This document shows, one piece after another, positions 35,560 to 48,700 of a stretch of 64,000 bases of DNA. A model generated the notes under the pieces. That model was given only the letters and a program-made list of their open reading frames with translations, ran no database searches and was not told where the DNA came from. The stretch spans positions 1,116,001-1,180,000 of the forward strand of contig NW_026250404.1 of the NCBI RefSeq assembly GCF_024521635.1, in the 5' to 3' direction. The stretch comes from Tricharina praecox. Lineage: Eukaryota. Each line of letters opens with the position of its first letter. Positions within the stretch are counted from its first letter, which is position 1. Both the position numbers and the translations under genes were made by a program.

Positions 35560-35960
35560 AGTGAGAGGAGGCCAAGGCTTGGGCTGGCGCGAAAGTCACC
35601 AGCAAGTGGTACGAGGCACAGTCGGAAACCGGACCCGATCCCGGCGAAGGCTGCGAGGTTCCACTAGCTGAAGATAGGGCACTGTCGCACCGGATATGTA
35701 ATACCACCAGTAGTCGGGGAGCAGCCTTGCCGCCAGCTGAGGATGGTGTCGGTACAAGACCCAGACCCAGACCCGGCAGCACCTCTTCGAGTGCTATCCC
35801 CGAGTGGAAGAGAAGGGCGCTGAGGTCGAGGTACCCGGGTCACTCCAGCTGTTCTTCCCTACACACCCCTTCATGGCTTCTCCTCATGAAGAGATAGAGG
35901 ACGAGGCGGAGTGAGGAGCGGACCTTTTATTTTCCTAGTTTCATTTCCTTGTTGCGCTCT
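35560..35960 (+). mobile_element. Degenerate 3' fragment of a non-LTR (LINE, Tad1-like) retrotransposon
   Basis: Broken frames give LKIGHCRTG and GWCRYKTQTQTRQHLFECYP (C-terminal zinc-knuckle region), then LQLFFPTH..MAS and a T-rich tail; similar DNA at 48615-48675. Confidence 0.6.
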
Positions 35961-36130
35961 GGACCGTGGATATGGAAACGGCGTGTTTATTCCTATGATC
36001 TAGGTAGCTGCAAGAAATTAATGATTAAACAAAGAAAAGCTCATACTCTGTCTATATCTCCATGGGTATCATTCCGGCGTCGTACTCTGCTATACTTCAT
36101 TCCCCTATGCTTCTCCACCGAACCGGTGCC

Positions 36131-38296
36131 TCACACCACGACCACCAGCCCCGCCACTTTCAAGCACTCCAGCAACGACTGCTGCTCCGCTTCCGACAAC
36201 ATAGAGTCCCGCTGGGCATCCAGATTGGCGACCAAGAACTGTTCCAGCCTTGACGTGGTCCACCCACCAAACACGACAAACGCAATCTTCACCGCCATCC
36301 AGAGGCAACCCGCTTCGCCAATCTGACTCCCTGCGTCGTCTCCAAAGCTCGGGAACTGATTATTCCGTCCTCGCTCGTTCAGCTCCGTTTCGAGGTTTTG
36401 GCTCGAGATTTTTTTGGCAAATCCCCGCGCCCGCACGGCTTCCGCGCGCCAGTACCACGCCTTCAGCGGGATCAGAAACTCGTCCATCGGGTTGGCGCTG
36501 TACATGTCGACGGCGCTGACCATGATCTCGAGCGGCTGCCGCCACACCCCGTCGCGGCCAAGTAGATCCGAATAAAGAACTTGCCCGGTCGTATCTGTAA
36601 GGGTGCTCTCCGTGAATTCCACAGGCACCGAGCGGCCCACGGAAGAGTGTCGGCGTAGCCGGATGACAATGGCCAGCACTGCGGCGATGAAGAAACGGTT
36701 GTTGTCTAGCGAGCAAGGAACTGTGGATTGCGAGAAGGCACATCTGTACGCCACCGTTTCGTATGTCGGGCCGACACGTGCCGGGGAAAGCTGAAGGGGA
36801 AGTCCAGGAGTACCGGTGTTCGAGTTACCGGACTGGCAACCGCTACTGGTGTCTTTCGGATCCTTTTCGTTGGCGATCGGAGTTGACCCTTCGTCCTTGA
36901 AAAGTAGGTCCCCTCGGGCGGATATGGTGTCGAGTACATCTCCAAACGGAAATGGGGACGGATCGCCGGATTTCAGGAGCTCGAGCTCGTCGGGAACGAA
37001 ATATGCTCGGGCCACCGACGCAACGGCGAAGGTTAACAGAAGCGCCAGTGGCGCCCACCACAGCGATGTTCTCAAGCCCAAATACAGCGCGATGTACCCC
37101 AGCGTCATCACAACGACTGTACAATGTGACAAGATACCGACCAGCCGCTTGCGTTCGGGCCTCATCGTTGCGACGGACGAAATCACAACAGCCTCGGGAC
37201 AGAACGACAGCTCCGTACCTTCGGCGATGCGTTCCGAATAGAACCCTGCTCTGGTCGCCGATAGCGGGGTCAGGTCGATCGTTGTCTCGTCGGAAGCAGC
37301 ATCGACCAGGCGAGCGGTAATGAAGCTCCCAAGAACCGATATGGCGACTCCGGCGGCCACGAGTGCGCAGTTCTGGTTATCACGCTGCTGCACCCAGTTC
37401 ATGGCTATTACGGCCACGTCGGCCAAGATGCAAGTCAAGACCACTGCCAACCTCATCACATCCGTCAGTCCGTGGTCGAGGCAATGGCTCGCGGTAAGGC
37501 TGAAAGACACATCCGTCCAAGCCGCATACACCGCTACGCACGCTTCCGTCGCGCGCAGCTCTTCGGCATCCTGTCCATCCTCAAAAGAACTAGATCCCGA
37601 CAGATAAGCCTCTGCGACTTTTCGCGTCTTGACGGGCGCGTCGTCTCCGACAGCGCGGAACGATGCCACCATCCCCCAACCCCACTTGCGCATGTACTGC
37701 TGACTGGTCGTCACCACCGCGCCGTAGGCGATACTGCCAATGATCGGTCTGAAACCAGCGGCATAGTCGAGCGCCACCTGTGCGCCGCCCACCTTCTTGC
37801 CGTGCACATAGAACTGCGCCCAGTCTTGGGGATCGGGGTTCGTCGTCTGCTCCAGCTTCCCGTTCTTGAGCTCCAGACAGACGTCGCCGGCGGTTACGCT
37901 GGTAACATCCGCCAGCACCTCCGCTCTGGTTTCGAACTGGCGGCCGATGATGCGCTTCAGCAGCGGGGAGCCATTGAGCCGGACCAGGGTTGTGATGGCC
38001 GTGACGAGACCGATGGGTCCCGCGGCGTAGAGGAGGTGGTGTGAAGTCCGACACATGATCTTGAAGTAGGCTTTCACATGCTTTTCGCCCACCAGGACGA
38101 GGAGCGGCGCAATGTTTGCGACAAGCGCTGCCCAGACATCCGAAGAAGTAGCAATGGAAGAGTTTGCGGCAAAGGAGGGATCGATGTATATCATAAGTAC
38201 AATGAGCCGTGAGATGTTGAGAAACTGGAGAGAGTTCCGTGGCCATGACCAACGCTCAACTTTTATGAAAGCCATCTTTGCTGCGGCGAGATACAC
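36131..38296 (-). CDS. Hypothetical multi-pass membrane protein (721-codon ORF; true start may be a downstream Met)
   Basis: Long intronless ORF with several hydrophobic segments; NIAPLLVLVGEKHVK...AAGPIGLVTAITTLVRLNG...IIGRQFE...DVC resembles an N-terminal region of many fungal ankyrin-repeat proteins (recalled). Confidence 0.8.
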   Translation of the reverse strand: MYLAAAKMAFIKVERWSWPRNSLQFLNISRLIVLMIYIDPSFAANSSIATSSDVWAALVANIAPLLVLVGEKHVKAYFKIMCRTSHHLLYAAGPIGLVTAITTLVRLNGSPLLKRIIGRQFETRAEVLADVTSVTAGDVCLELKNGKLEQTTNPDPQDWAQFYVHGKKVGGAQVALDYAAGFRPIIGSIAYGAVVTTSQQYMRKWGWGMVASFRAVGDDAPVKTRKVAEAYLSGSSSFEDGQDAEELRATEACVAVYAAWTDVSFSLTASHCLDHGLTDVMRLAVVLTCILADVAVIAMNWVQQRDNQNCALVAAGVAISVLGSFITARLVDAASDETTIDLTPLSATRAGFYSERIAEGTELSFCPEAVVISSVATMRPERKRLVGILSHCTVVVMTLGYIALYLGLRTSLWWAPLALLLTFAVASVARAYFVPDELELLKSGDPSPFPFGDVLDTISARGDLLFKDEGSTPIANEKDPKDTSSGCQSGNSNTGTPGLPLQLSPARVGPTYETVAYRCAFSQSTVPCSLDNNRFFIAAVLAIVIRLRRHSSVGRSVPVEFTESTLTDTTGQVLYSDLLGRDGVWRQPLEIMVSAVDMYSANPMDEFLIPLKAWYWRAEAVRARGFAKKISSQNLETELNERGRNNQFPSFGDDAGSQIGEAGCLWMAVKIAFVVFGGWTTSRLEQFLVANLDAQRDSMLSEAEQQSLLECLKVAGLVVVV

Positions 38297-41200
38297 AGCC
38301 TGTACTAATAACTAGGAGCTAGCTGGTCTAAGCTAGGTAGTCTAGTGGCAGCGTGAGCTCTCCGCGTATCGTTGGAGCAACGCAAGGATCTCACTGACCT
38401 GTTAGAGTAGGTATAGAGTGTATGTAGCCAGGTCCTGCGCTTGGGACATGAACGTCTTCACACGCAAGAGAACGCGTAGTTATCCACAGAAACCCCACTG
38501 CCTAGGGGTTCAACAGGGAGGAACCCGGGAGACGGTGAATCTATAATATTCCCAAGATGCACAACCTCAAGATGCTTGTGAACTTGAGCTGTGCACGGGA
38601 GAGCGGATTGGCCCAAGCTCAAGATCCAAGCTCGATCTGCCGGGCTCAACGCGAGGCGGCCGTTTGCTTCCCTTCGCGACCTATGTAGGAAAGCTACGAC
38701 GGAGTTTTTCGCGTCTGGAGACCGCAGAACATCGATATATTCCCGGAGTCGACTGAGCACTCGTGTAGATATGTGTCGATATTTCAACGTTGATTCCAGC
38801 GACCGAACCGCATGTAGAGTACCAAACGTTTGTAAGTAGGCGGCGCTGGTGGTGAATGTTGAAACTTGAGAGAGAGGACGAGGCTATGATGAAGGAAAAC
38901 ACGCTCGCAGGGGGGGAAGTAGGTATTTGATGGTTTGTGCGGGGTTCGAGGCTGACAACGTAGAGTCATACTCTAATATCTACCATATTCCTATTTGTAG
39001 CTGCATGTGCGACCTCAGTTGGTGAACGAATCTTCGGCACATATCTACATATTATGCAGCTCAACATATCAACTGCCATCACGTTCGAGAGATGCAAATC
39101 GGTCGGTCGGATTTCTCGTTCTCTGCTTGGTTTCGTGTTCACTCTTCCCATCTTTGGATGTATGTTACCTACTCCTCCACTGCAAATACCAACGGCACCG
39201 GGGATGGAGCTCGGCTCCGGAATGGACTTCGTATTATGAGCAAACATATCACCGACAGGGAGTGAACACGAGTGACGCTTTATTCAAGACCCCATGGGCC
39301 ATCTACAGGTTGGGGGAAAGGGTGGAGTTGGCTCGGGGTTGGGGTGCTCTGGCAGACCGGCTCGACAAACAAAAATCTTCAGAGTAGGTGCTTGGATGAG
39401 TCCATGAGTGGTCGAACGAACGAACGATGCCTACTAGTAGTGTTGGAATAGTTGGATAGACAGATGATGATATTCCATTCGATACAGAAGAAGAACCTAT
39501 CGTCTACGGCAAAGACCTCTATTTAACACTGAGGGGCCACCTAAAGTTGGCCGCCGAACAAAGTTGGCCGCTCATCAAAGTTCGTCGCCGCGTAACCATA
39601 TACTGGTCGATAGTCCGTCGCGGCCGTCGAGACTCTTCCATCGCCAAACCTTAACTCGTGCCGAGATCTCCGGACGACTAAAGTTTGACAAGTAGTTTCA
39701 GTATTCCGATGTTGTAGATACCTGTAGTCATCTATGATGAATGATATCGAAATGTCGATAGCGTCCCATCAATATCGACATTGCTCGCCAATCTCTCCGG
39801 CGACCCATGGCTAGTCAAGTCGAGTCAAGTGACAAGTCACTTCCCTGAACGTCTGAATTCTGACGGGAGCGGAGTTGCAGGTATCGTGTATGTTGACGGT
39901 CTCTATACCATTCCGCGATTGATCACTCCGAAGCTATCGTGCCGCATCGAAAGCGGCGGGGATACATACCATACGCCGTGGTGGCTTTCTGGATAGGTAG
40001 GTATATACGGCTAGCCACTTCCCGGCGGTCGAGATACCGTACATATCCGTACATAACCATCCGTACGACACTCTTCCGAAGGTTTTGTGTTCGTGCTCAT
40101 ATTGATGGATTGTATATGCCAACTCAGAGGCTTTCCGTACTACGGTAAAGGACGCTAGGTTATCACTGTTTTCCTAGGTACCTACGCAAGTGTTCCCCAT
40201 CACAAACTGGGATACCATAAAAATTCACTCCGATCGTGTCATGATCGCTGCTTGAATATTGTAACCCGAACCGCATAAACCCGTATGTATACAGGAGGAA
40301 GAATAGTAACAGGAACGTAGGTAACATAGGTATTTCATCATCGCAAAACCACTGCGGATCCCACCGCTCCCTTCCATGTCCAATCCTGCAGGCAGAGGAC
40401 GCTGTACATACCTACCTCACCACCTGGTAACTCCAATCGCTACAGATATCTACTGCAAAACTGGATCCGAGTACATACAAGGATACCGGTAGTTAGTCAA
40501 CCTTGCGGAGTGATACCCATCTACTAAAATTCCAAACCGGATCCCGTTTTTGTTTTTCCGGTTTTCTGGGAGTGGCCGTGACAGGTCACGGGCGTCGACG
40601 CGTGGACACTGGAGTTAGAAACTGGACAGCAGCACTGTGCTGGCTGATTGACTGACTGACCAGTGACGCAGCGTTTGTGACTCGTGAGGTGGATTCAAGA
40701 CGTAGGAAGCAGCCTGCCCGCCCGTCCGTCTCCAAGTCATGCCCGAGGACGTTGACGAGCCCGGCGCGCCTGTTCATGCTCTGGCTATGTAACAAGACTG
40801 GATGGCGGTTGATGGTGGGGAGTAGACCAGAACTCCCGCTGTTTTCAGGATTTACTGTCTCCAATTCCACTCCAGATCCTGGGGATCCGGTCTTACAAAC
40901 GAGATATCGGAGTGATACTCCATGATTTACCCCTGCGGCCCGCACCGACCACCCAGTCCCTCCAATTCCGAATCGATAACTGATTGAAGCATTTCTTCGC
41001 GTGAATTCACTATTCACGAAGTTCTCTCTCTCTTTAGAAAAAAGAAAAACTCCCGTTGAATTCGGCGTTCTCTCAATTGATGAATCACTCACTTGCGTAA
41101 GCAAGTCGCCGACCAGCGCGCGGTGCGTGGGGTGGTACTTGCTATCGCACAGTGGAAATTAGAAATTAGCAGATGTGAAAACGTAACGCCACACCACACC

Positions 41201-42712
41201 ACACCATGCCCACCCACCCACCACCCACCAAACGCAGTCGCCGTGGACACAGAGATAGAGATAGTGATAGAGGAGAGATAGAGAAGCGATAGAGATAGAG
41301 AATATGGAAAGGAGAGGGAGGGAGATGATAATAGGAGCCCACGCCCACCGAACCTCTGCTCTGGCTTTCTCTTTTACGTTTTTGTGAAGGGAAGAATGAA
41401 CGAACCATCGAACGTTGCCGTTATCGCCGCTGCCGCCCGTCCGCCGCGATGAAACGAAACAGCCCTGCCCGCCAGCCTTCCTGCCCGCCCCGCCGGCCAC
41501 GAGGCCCCACCACCGCCCGCGCCCGCCCTGCCCGCCGCACCGCCCCCCCAGTACCATCACGAACCGTGTCCACACACACACGCCCCTACATGATGTCGGC
41601 ACATTTGCTATCATATTTACAATCGCACATCACGTCGCACATTCGCACATTCGCACGTCGCGACAAACGAGCCCGAGGGCTCACTGCCTCGCCCCGTCTC
41701 GTCTGGTCTGGTCTGGTCTCGCCGCGTCGTCGGTGCCTCGTCGATGCATCTCCGTGCGGCCGATGATCGATCGATTGGGCTCAGCTTAACTCAGCTCAGC
41801 TCAGCACGAGGCGATTGATTGATTGATTGAGCACTTGAGAGCTTGACGTGCTGATACCTCAACACAACACAACTTCCTCAAGCAACACAACACGTATCCA
41901 CCTGCCCCATCTCCACCCCCATCCGCAACGGCTGGCTGTCTGGCTGCCAGCCAGCACGCGCTCGCCGCGTACATACATACAGACCCCCATACAGACCCCA
42001 TACTCCACAACAGCTATCATACAGCTACATACAACAGCTACCTGCAAATCACATCGCATACATGCATACTCTACCTACATGCATGCATACGCCGGCATTT
42101 CTCGCGGACGGGAGGTGTTTGCGATTGCGATTGCAGTTGCGATTGCAGTTGCGATTGTACATGCCGCTTCTGGTTCGGCATGCATGCGTTGCGTTAGGCA
42201 GAACGAGGAAAGCCTCGGCAATGCAGCGGATCACGGCTGGACGGAGAGATACTGATACATACTAGGATACTGAGTACTGCGATACTGATATGCTGAGCTA
42301 CTGAGCTACTGAGCTACAGACACAGGGAGACACAGGGAGACAAAGAGAGAGAGACACAGAGAGAAAAGTCACGATGCCATGTGAGCTTGAGTGCGAGAAG
42401 AATTGCTTCAATGATTATAGAGTAATAGCTAAGTACTTAGGGTGACCAAAGAAAGAGAAAGAACAAGAAACTCCTCCATAGGTACGGATTATAACGCTAG
42501 AAAAACCGAAAGAAAGAAAAGCAAATTGATACCGATTCCCATTTCCAATGCCCGCGAGAAAAGAAAAGATCAAACAAAATCATCGCTCCGGCTTCGAGTT
42601 CATTTCGCTGAAAGAAACGAGAAAGAGAAAGAAAAAAACTCCCCCCCAAAAGAACGCCATTTTCCCAAAGCAGCCCCAGAAATTCACAGAAATGCAACGA
42701 GGATTATGCGAA

Positions 42713-44125
42713 TCAAACATCCAAGTTCACCAGACCGGCGCGAACAGCCTCCACAAAGTCCGCCTCGCCAATGGCGCTCCACTCTCCCTTCTTTCCACCG
42801 CCGTATAGGCCGGTGTATCCGTACGGGCCCTTGACGCTGGGCACCTCCATGGGGCGCCACTGGTTGTCGGAGGCGAGCTTGGGTGCGATGTAGCTTCCGT
42901 GCACGAGGCGTGACTTGGCCTCGAACAGGTACGGGCCGACGGCGATCTCGATATCTAGGTTGTCCGAGTTCTTCTTCTCGAGGAGCGTGCGTGCCGAGTC
43001 GAGGAGCGCAGTGATGTTGTCGGCGCGGTTGTCGCCCTCGCCGCGGATGCCGTGGCTGCCGACGCGCACCCGCACGGTCTCCTTCCAGTCCACGCCGGGG
43101 TTGGAGAAGAGCTCGGGGCAGACGGACGGGACGGTGATGGCCAGGTCCGAGAGGCGCGGGCACGAGGCGAGAAGGTTGCAGATGTGGCGGTTGTCCTCCG
43201 GGGTCTGGACGGGCTCGAAGCCGTCCTTGGCGAGCGGGATGAATTCCAGGAGCTTGAGGGTCTCGCGGGATGCGGACACGAGCGCGGAAACACCCTTGGC
43301 GGTGATGCTGGTGACGTTCGTGATCAAGATCTCCTCGAGGTTGGTGGCGGTGCGCGCCATGAAGAACAGGTCTTCGTCGCTGATGGGCTTCAGGTTCGAG
43401 TCGCCAAAGATCTTCAGTCGGCGAAGCTTGCTGAAGTCGAGGCTGGGGGTCTTGCCAAGCACCTCGGTGTCGCGGTGGCTCTCGGGGAACTCACAGACCT
43501 CATTCTTGAGACCGACAGCGAGGAACTCGAGCGAGGTCAATCGGGGGAACGAGAGAACGTTATTCCAATCCGCCGAGTCGCCATATCGCAGCGCAGTCCA
43601 GGGGATTGTCACGGTGCGCACGTTGCGGCAGTTCTGGAGGATCTGGAAGACATAGCCGACGGTATCGAAGCGATAGATTCCATTGAACCAGATCTTGCGG
43701 ACGTGGCGAGCGAGCTGCGGGTAGTCACCAAACAGCTTGGCGGTGGACTTGACCGACTTGTAGGGGTTCTGGTAGACGACGGGCAGGATCTCGACGGGAA
43801 GCGCGTTCTCGAATGCTCGGCGCATCCAGGTTTCTCCTCCCTGCCATCGGCGGATGTACAGCTCCCGCAGCGCGTGGGACAGCGCCCACTCGTGCCACTG
43901 TGCGCTCACTTGTCGGATCGCGTCCACGGAGTGCCATCGCTGCACGTCGGTCGGTACTCGGCCTCGAAGATATTTCTGGATGTACGCCTTGTTCTGCATG
44001 GGGCGGGGGGCTTGAGTGAGGCCATAGGTGTAAGTGACAGCATTAAGATCGTTGGCATTTAGCTTTGCGGCAATCGAGAGGATCTCCGAGACGAGCTCGA
44101 AGGGGAGGTCTTGAAAAGACGGCAT
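42713..44125 (-). CDS. F-box/leucine-rich-repeat protein (470 aa)
   Basis: MPSFQDLPFELVSEIL F-box-like start; LRR-like units (LTSLEF, LRRLKIFG, LEEILITNVTSITAKGVSALV, LKLLEF, LSDLAI); strong codon bias; intronless. Confidence 0.85.
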   Translation of the reverse strand: MPSFQDLPFELVSEILSIAAKLNANDLNAVTYTYGLTQAPRPMQNKAYIQKYLRGRVPTDVQRWHSVDAIRQVSAQWHEWALSHALRELYIRRWQGGETWMRRAFENALPVEILPVVYQNPYKSVKSTAKLFGDYPQLARHVRKIWFNGIYRFDTVGYVFQILQNCRNVRTVTIPWTALRYGDSADWNNVLSFPRLTSLEFLAVGLKNEVCEFPESHRDTEVLGKTPSLDFSKLRRLKIFGDSNLKPISDEDLFFMARTATNLEEILITNVTSITAKGVSALVSASRETLKLLEFIPLAKDGFEPVQTPEDNRHICNLLASCPRLSDLAITVPSVCPELFSNPGVDWKETVRVRVGSHGIRGEGDNRADNITALLDSARTLLEKKNSDNLDIEIAVGPYLFEAKSRLVHGSYIAPKLASDNQWRPMEVPSVKGPYGYTGLYGGGKKGEWSAIGEADFVEAVRAGLVNLDV

Positions 44126-47100
44126 GGTGTGAGAGGGAGAGGGAGTGAGGGTGGTAGTGGGAGTAGTTGGCAGTGGCAGTGGGAGTGGGAGTGGTGTCGA
44201 TGGTATGCTCCGAGGAAGGTGTGCTGTCAAGATTCAGGTTCAGGGCAGGCGGGGAGAATGAGCTAGGTGAGGTGGAAGCTTGATGTTGGAGCTTCTTGTC
44301 TTGGTGGCTGTTGGTGTTGATGACTATCGAAGCTTGACGGGTTCTTTGAGTTTATATATCTACGCAAGTAGGGAGAGAGAGCTCTTTGCTTTCGGCAGCT
44401 GTGACTCAATTAACAAGCAGCACTCTACGAACCTAGAGAGCTCTCTCGCTTTGTTGGTGCCGGTGCAGAGTGATCCTTCCTCGGCCGCCATGGATATTGG
44501 TGCAGCACCCAGCGCGGTGGCTAGGCCCCATGGTGGAAGATCGTGAAATTCCCACCGGCAAGGGCCCCGGGAAGGCATTGGTTATTGCGCGACCAAGTGA
44601 GAGACAGGAGCCCGTGCGTCACCTTCGGTCGACGGTTGTCCACCTTTCTTTCGCATCCCCGCCTAGTCGCATCCTAAGCTACGTGTGGAGAGTGGCCAAC
44701 CGCCAATCGCAAAAAGACTGAGATTTTCGAGATTTTCGCTTGATTGGTAAGAGCCGTCGAGGCGTGCGGCTTGGGCACCCAGCAGGCAGGTACTTTTACC
44801 CCAGACTTTCGCAAGCGGTCGGGCATCATGCATGGTCCGAGACCGTTGGCTGCTGCTGGGGCGGCCTTGGCCGGCTGTACGAGCATTCTTTGGCCGCGCC
44901 CGCAACAATTCGAGACTTGGCCTGGAGCGCATGTAGAGTAGAGTAACCGCTCGGCCGGTGACTCCGCCAAAGGGCCAAAGGAGGACAACCAGATGCCAGG
45001 CACCGCAAAGCGCAACGCAACGCATCGCATCGCGTAAAGAAGAAAAGAAACAAAAGAAAAGTGGCGAAAAACAAAAGAACGGGAGCGAATGCGCAAGAAA
45101 CTACGAAACAGCAGCTGTGGTTGTGGTTGCGTCGATCGATGCGATGGCGTTTGAAGCTGCAGTGGTTCCTCGGTTTCCCCAAGGGTCAATTGGAGCCGCG
45201 AGCGGGTGTCGACTTAGGTAACGCCCCCTCATGTGATGTGTGTGGTTGGCCAATCGCAAGGACGGGGCTGTGGGCGCCCGAATGGCCATGAACCAAACTC
45301 AGTTCCTCCCAGCGTCATCTAACCTCCCGCCAAGTATATCCAAGACGCACCGGCGTCATTACGAAGAGCAGAATTCTGCAGATTTTTTCTTTCTTTCTTT
45401 TCACTTCTGGCATCGCCCGTTTTCTTGTGCGTATGCTGGTCGGTGGTGTAGCCTGTGTGGCGTGGATAATTCGGGAACACACAACGCAAGAGAAAAAAAA
45501 CGAGAGATGGCGGAGCATTACTGGCATGGCGTAATTATGTGTCAAGCTTCAGTGAAAAAATTGCTCGTGCACTCATCCATACTGCAACTTGGAGGAGGTC
45601 GATGCCAAAACCGCTCAACTCAGCTTCCTCAATCGTTGGTTACATAATACCTATCCGATTCGATTCGCTCGTCGTCGTCGTCGTTGATGTGATGATGTGC
45701 TGGGTTGTGGCACATACCTACACATCAGATCAACCGGTTGTAAAGTGTCAATCCTCATTCTCATTACCATCCATCGATCCAATCCGGCAGCTTCGACACA
45801 AGCGCCTTGCAGCGAGTGGGTCATGCGCCGTTCCTCGGACGGCGCATCGAGCCGGCGCATGTGCTGGTGATGGTGCACGATGTTTGGGGACGCGACGGCC
45901 GGAAGACTGTGGTCCTGAGATGGCTGTCTGCTCTGTCGATTCCCATGGGCGGAACGATGGATCCTCTTGGTAAGTGGTTGCTTGGTTAACGTTGGTTATG
46001 CAAGCGGCGGAGGTGCTGCGGAGGAACATGCACGGAAATGCGATGGCCGTTCCCGCTAGCACCACACGTGCGGGCCGCTGGCAGCCGACTGACCACTCAC
46101 AGGCCTTCGCGCTTTGTTTCGGAAGTTAACTTGTCTGCGCACAGCCGTGTGAGGTTTGCCATGTTACATACAGGCGGATGTCTAGGTGTGCTCGAGCACC
46201 TGTGTTGAAGTCACGTCGACCCGGAAGCTCTTTATTTCCGTTCGGTCGTCGTCGCGTTCGATCTCAGAGGACCGTTGCCCGCGGAGCTCGTTTCCTCCCT
46301 TGGAACACGCTTGCCCCTCGGATGACTGCTCGTAAGGTGACCTACAAGCCGGGTAAATCTGCGCAACGTTTAGCGTGAAATGCTATTGATGTACCTATCG
46401 ATTTGGAGCCTTGTACCGACCGATCCGAATTCCGGATCCCGAATGAACGCGGATTGCTCGATGGACCGGTTCGGACGGAAGCTGTGGCCGCAGGTGGGAA
46501 GCATGATACATATGCGGGCGGAGAGTGAGGGCGAGCACGGCATTCTTCGTCATTCACCCTCTATGTGTCGTCTTCATCTGGTTTTCTTCGACTCCATTAC
46601 CCGACAAGCTGCCTGAAGGAATCCCGCCGGCGCGACGGAGGATCAGAGTTCTCCTTGCCCCCCTTCCCCCAAAATTCATGTGCGGTTCGTTGTCTTCAAG
46701 GTTTGCTCGTAGTGTACCTTCTCCTTGGAATTGAGCGACCATTAGCGCTAACTAGACCGTAGAACAAACGGAAAGTTTTGAGTTGCCCCACTTTTTTGGT
46801 GGTCTGCCGCAGATGTCCAGACTCCAGACTGAGCAGACTCCAGTTTTACCAGAGAGTCAGAGACTACCAAAGAGTCAGAGACTACCGCACTATTTTGAGT
46901 ATTCTTTTTTTAGCCAACGGGTGACAGCAGATGAGTTACGAGTAGGCAAAAATTTCTTCCGTCTTGGGTGCATATATGTACAGCAATTCTGTCGCCAGAA
47001 TCTTCATGACCTCGTATATCGCCGCTTCATATGTGCTCTCTACTGGTTCAAGACATTCTTGTTGATTCTAGCAGATTCGGTACCCTTTCCACTGGGAAAA

Positions 47101-47937
47101 AAGATGAGTTTTCTCCCCATACGGTTGTGCGGATATGTCGCAACTGCCAACAAGTCGCATCGCCCATGGGTTTTATGGCCTCTATGTATCAGGGATTTCT
47201 AGCAGAGTAGGTACTCTACTATGTGAGTACATAGGAGTCTAGGGGGCTCACAATTGTTGTCTAACTGCCTTTTGATCTTAGCTGCTATGCTGTTCCTCCG
47301 CACCATGGGCCTTCCGCTGGAACTCTTCGGTAGTGGCGGGACATAGCCGAGTTGCGGTGTCCCTGAAGCTGTAAGGACGAGTGCTGAAAGCGCTAGATAC
47401 ACCTCCAAGCATCGCATGTGGGAAGCCGGTCGATCCTAAGTGGCTGGGCTGGGCTGGCATTCCAAGAGGCGAAGAACCGCGGCCCAGTAGCTCAACACAT
47501 TTCTTATGTAAGTGTCCTCGATTGATTCTCGGCAGTTTGGCTGAGAGGGGGGGACCCTGGGGATTTCGAGATCACCGAGAGCGAACAGCATGGACACATG
47601 GTCAAGGGATGTTCTATGGACATCCCCCGTGGGCTGGGGAATGATCCGGAGCGGTAGGTATGTACGGTAGATCCTGGTGCGTGTGTTGAACCCCGCGGAA
47701 CGTGCGAACTGAAGGCCCTTTTCTGGTTGTACGTAATATGTCTTGGCTCGGCTCGGTTCCTCCAATTGCTGGCGGTCTTTAGAGCATGCGCACCCCAAGA
47801 GTAAGTAATACGCACAATATATCACTCGCTAAATGGGAAAGACGGACCTCGTGGGATATAAATTGAACGAGAGTATTGCCATGAGCTAGATAGGTCACAA
47901 GCAATCAGTGATTAAACAAAACAAACAAATTAAACAA

Positions 47938-48700
47938 GAAGCTGGCGGTGGATGAACCCAACGCCCGCGGGGTGGAGGGGACCCGGTACATACGTACCTC
48001 GACCGATGCGGAACCAGACCACTGCTCATCGTTCACATACCTGAAGTGCGGGATCACGGAAGCCAAGTGGGAGGAGACCTAAACATGGGACGACGCGAGA
48101 ATTCCCAACAAGAAGCACCGGACACAGCCCGAAACCTTGCCAGAAACCGGTCCCGGTCCCGGCCCGGGCCCCAAGCGCCTGAACTGCCGACAGTAGAGGC
48201 GAAGAGAAAAGCACACATAGATGAAGAGACGGGGAAAAGTGAGGGTTGATTCTCTGTCCTGCAGAGGGTGGTGAGAGAGCGGGAAGAAGCTCTCTCCATC
48301 ACAGATTAAGTTCGCCCCTCCCTTACTGACAGGAATATCCATCTGCTAACCGGTTTTGGTCGCTCCCGCCGACAATGTTCTCACCAGCCACTCCGCCACA
48401 AGATTCTGTGGGCAGAGGTTCGGAAGGGGACAGGGAGGGGCAGGATCACTTCAAGATCCAAGATCTCTTCGCAGACGAGCGGTGTAGCCAGGTCATCCTT
48501 AACTGTCCTGTCGCCACTGATGTGGGCAGGCGGACCCCGGAGGTCGCTGAGGATAGTGCAGCCAGTGAGGTGTCGGAGTGGAAGTTGAGGGAGCGGGGAG
48601 AGAGACTGGCGGAGAGAAGCAGGGCTGTGAGGTCGAGGAGCTGAGGTCACTCTCATTGTTCCTCTTCACGCCAGCATGCACGAGGACAATGGCCGCGAGA
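47938..48700 (+). mobile_element. Degenerate LINE 3' fragment (end of RNase H to C-terminus)
   Basis: Broken frames: KLAVDEPNARGVE, YLKCGITEAKWEE, KILWAEVRKGTGR, FKIQDLFADERCSQVIL...TDVGRR...SEVSEWKLRER; stops and frameshifts. Confidence 0.6.

Noticed and set aside
38458..39390. Short minus-strand ORFs upstream of the membrane protein gene
   Set aside because: No recognisable motifs or consistent splice model; may be a decayed gene but unsupported.
43052..44062. 336-aa and 246-aa plus-strand ORFs; similar antisense ORFs over the hxn-like genes
   Set aside because: Antisense shadows of GC3-rich genes on the opposite strand.
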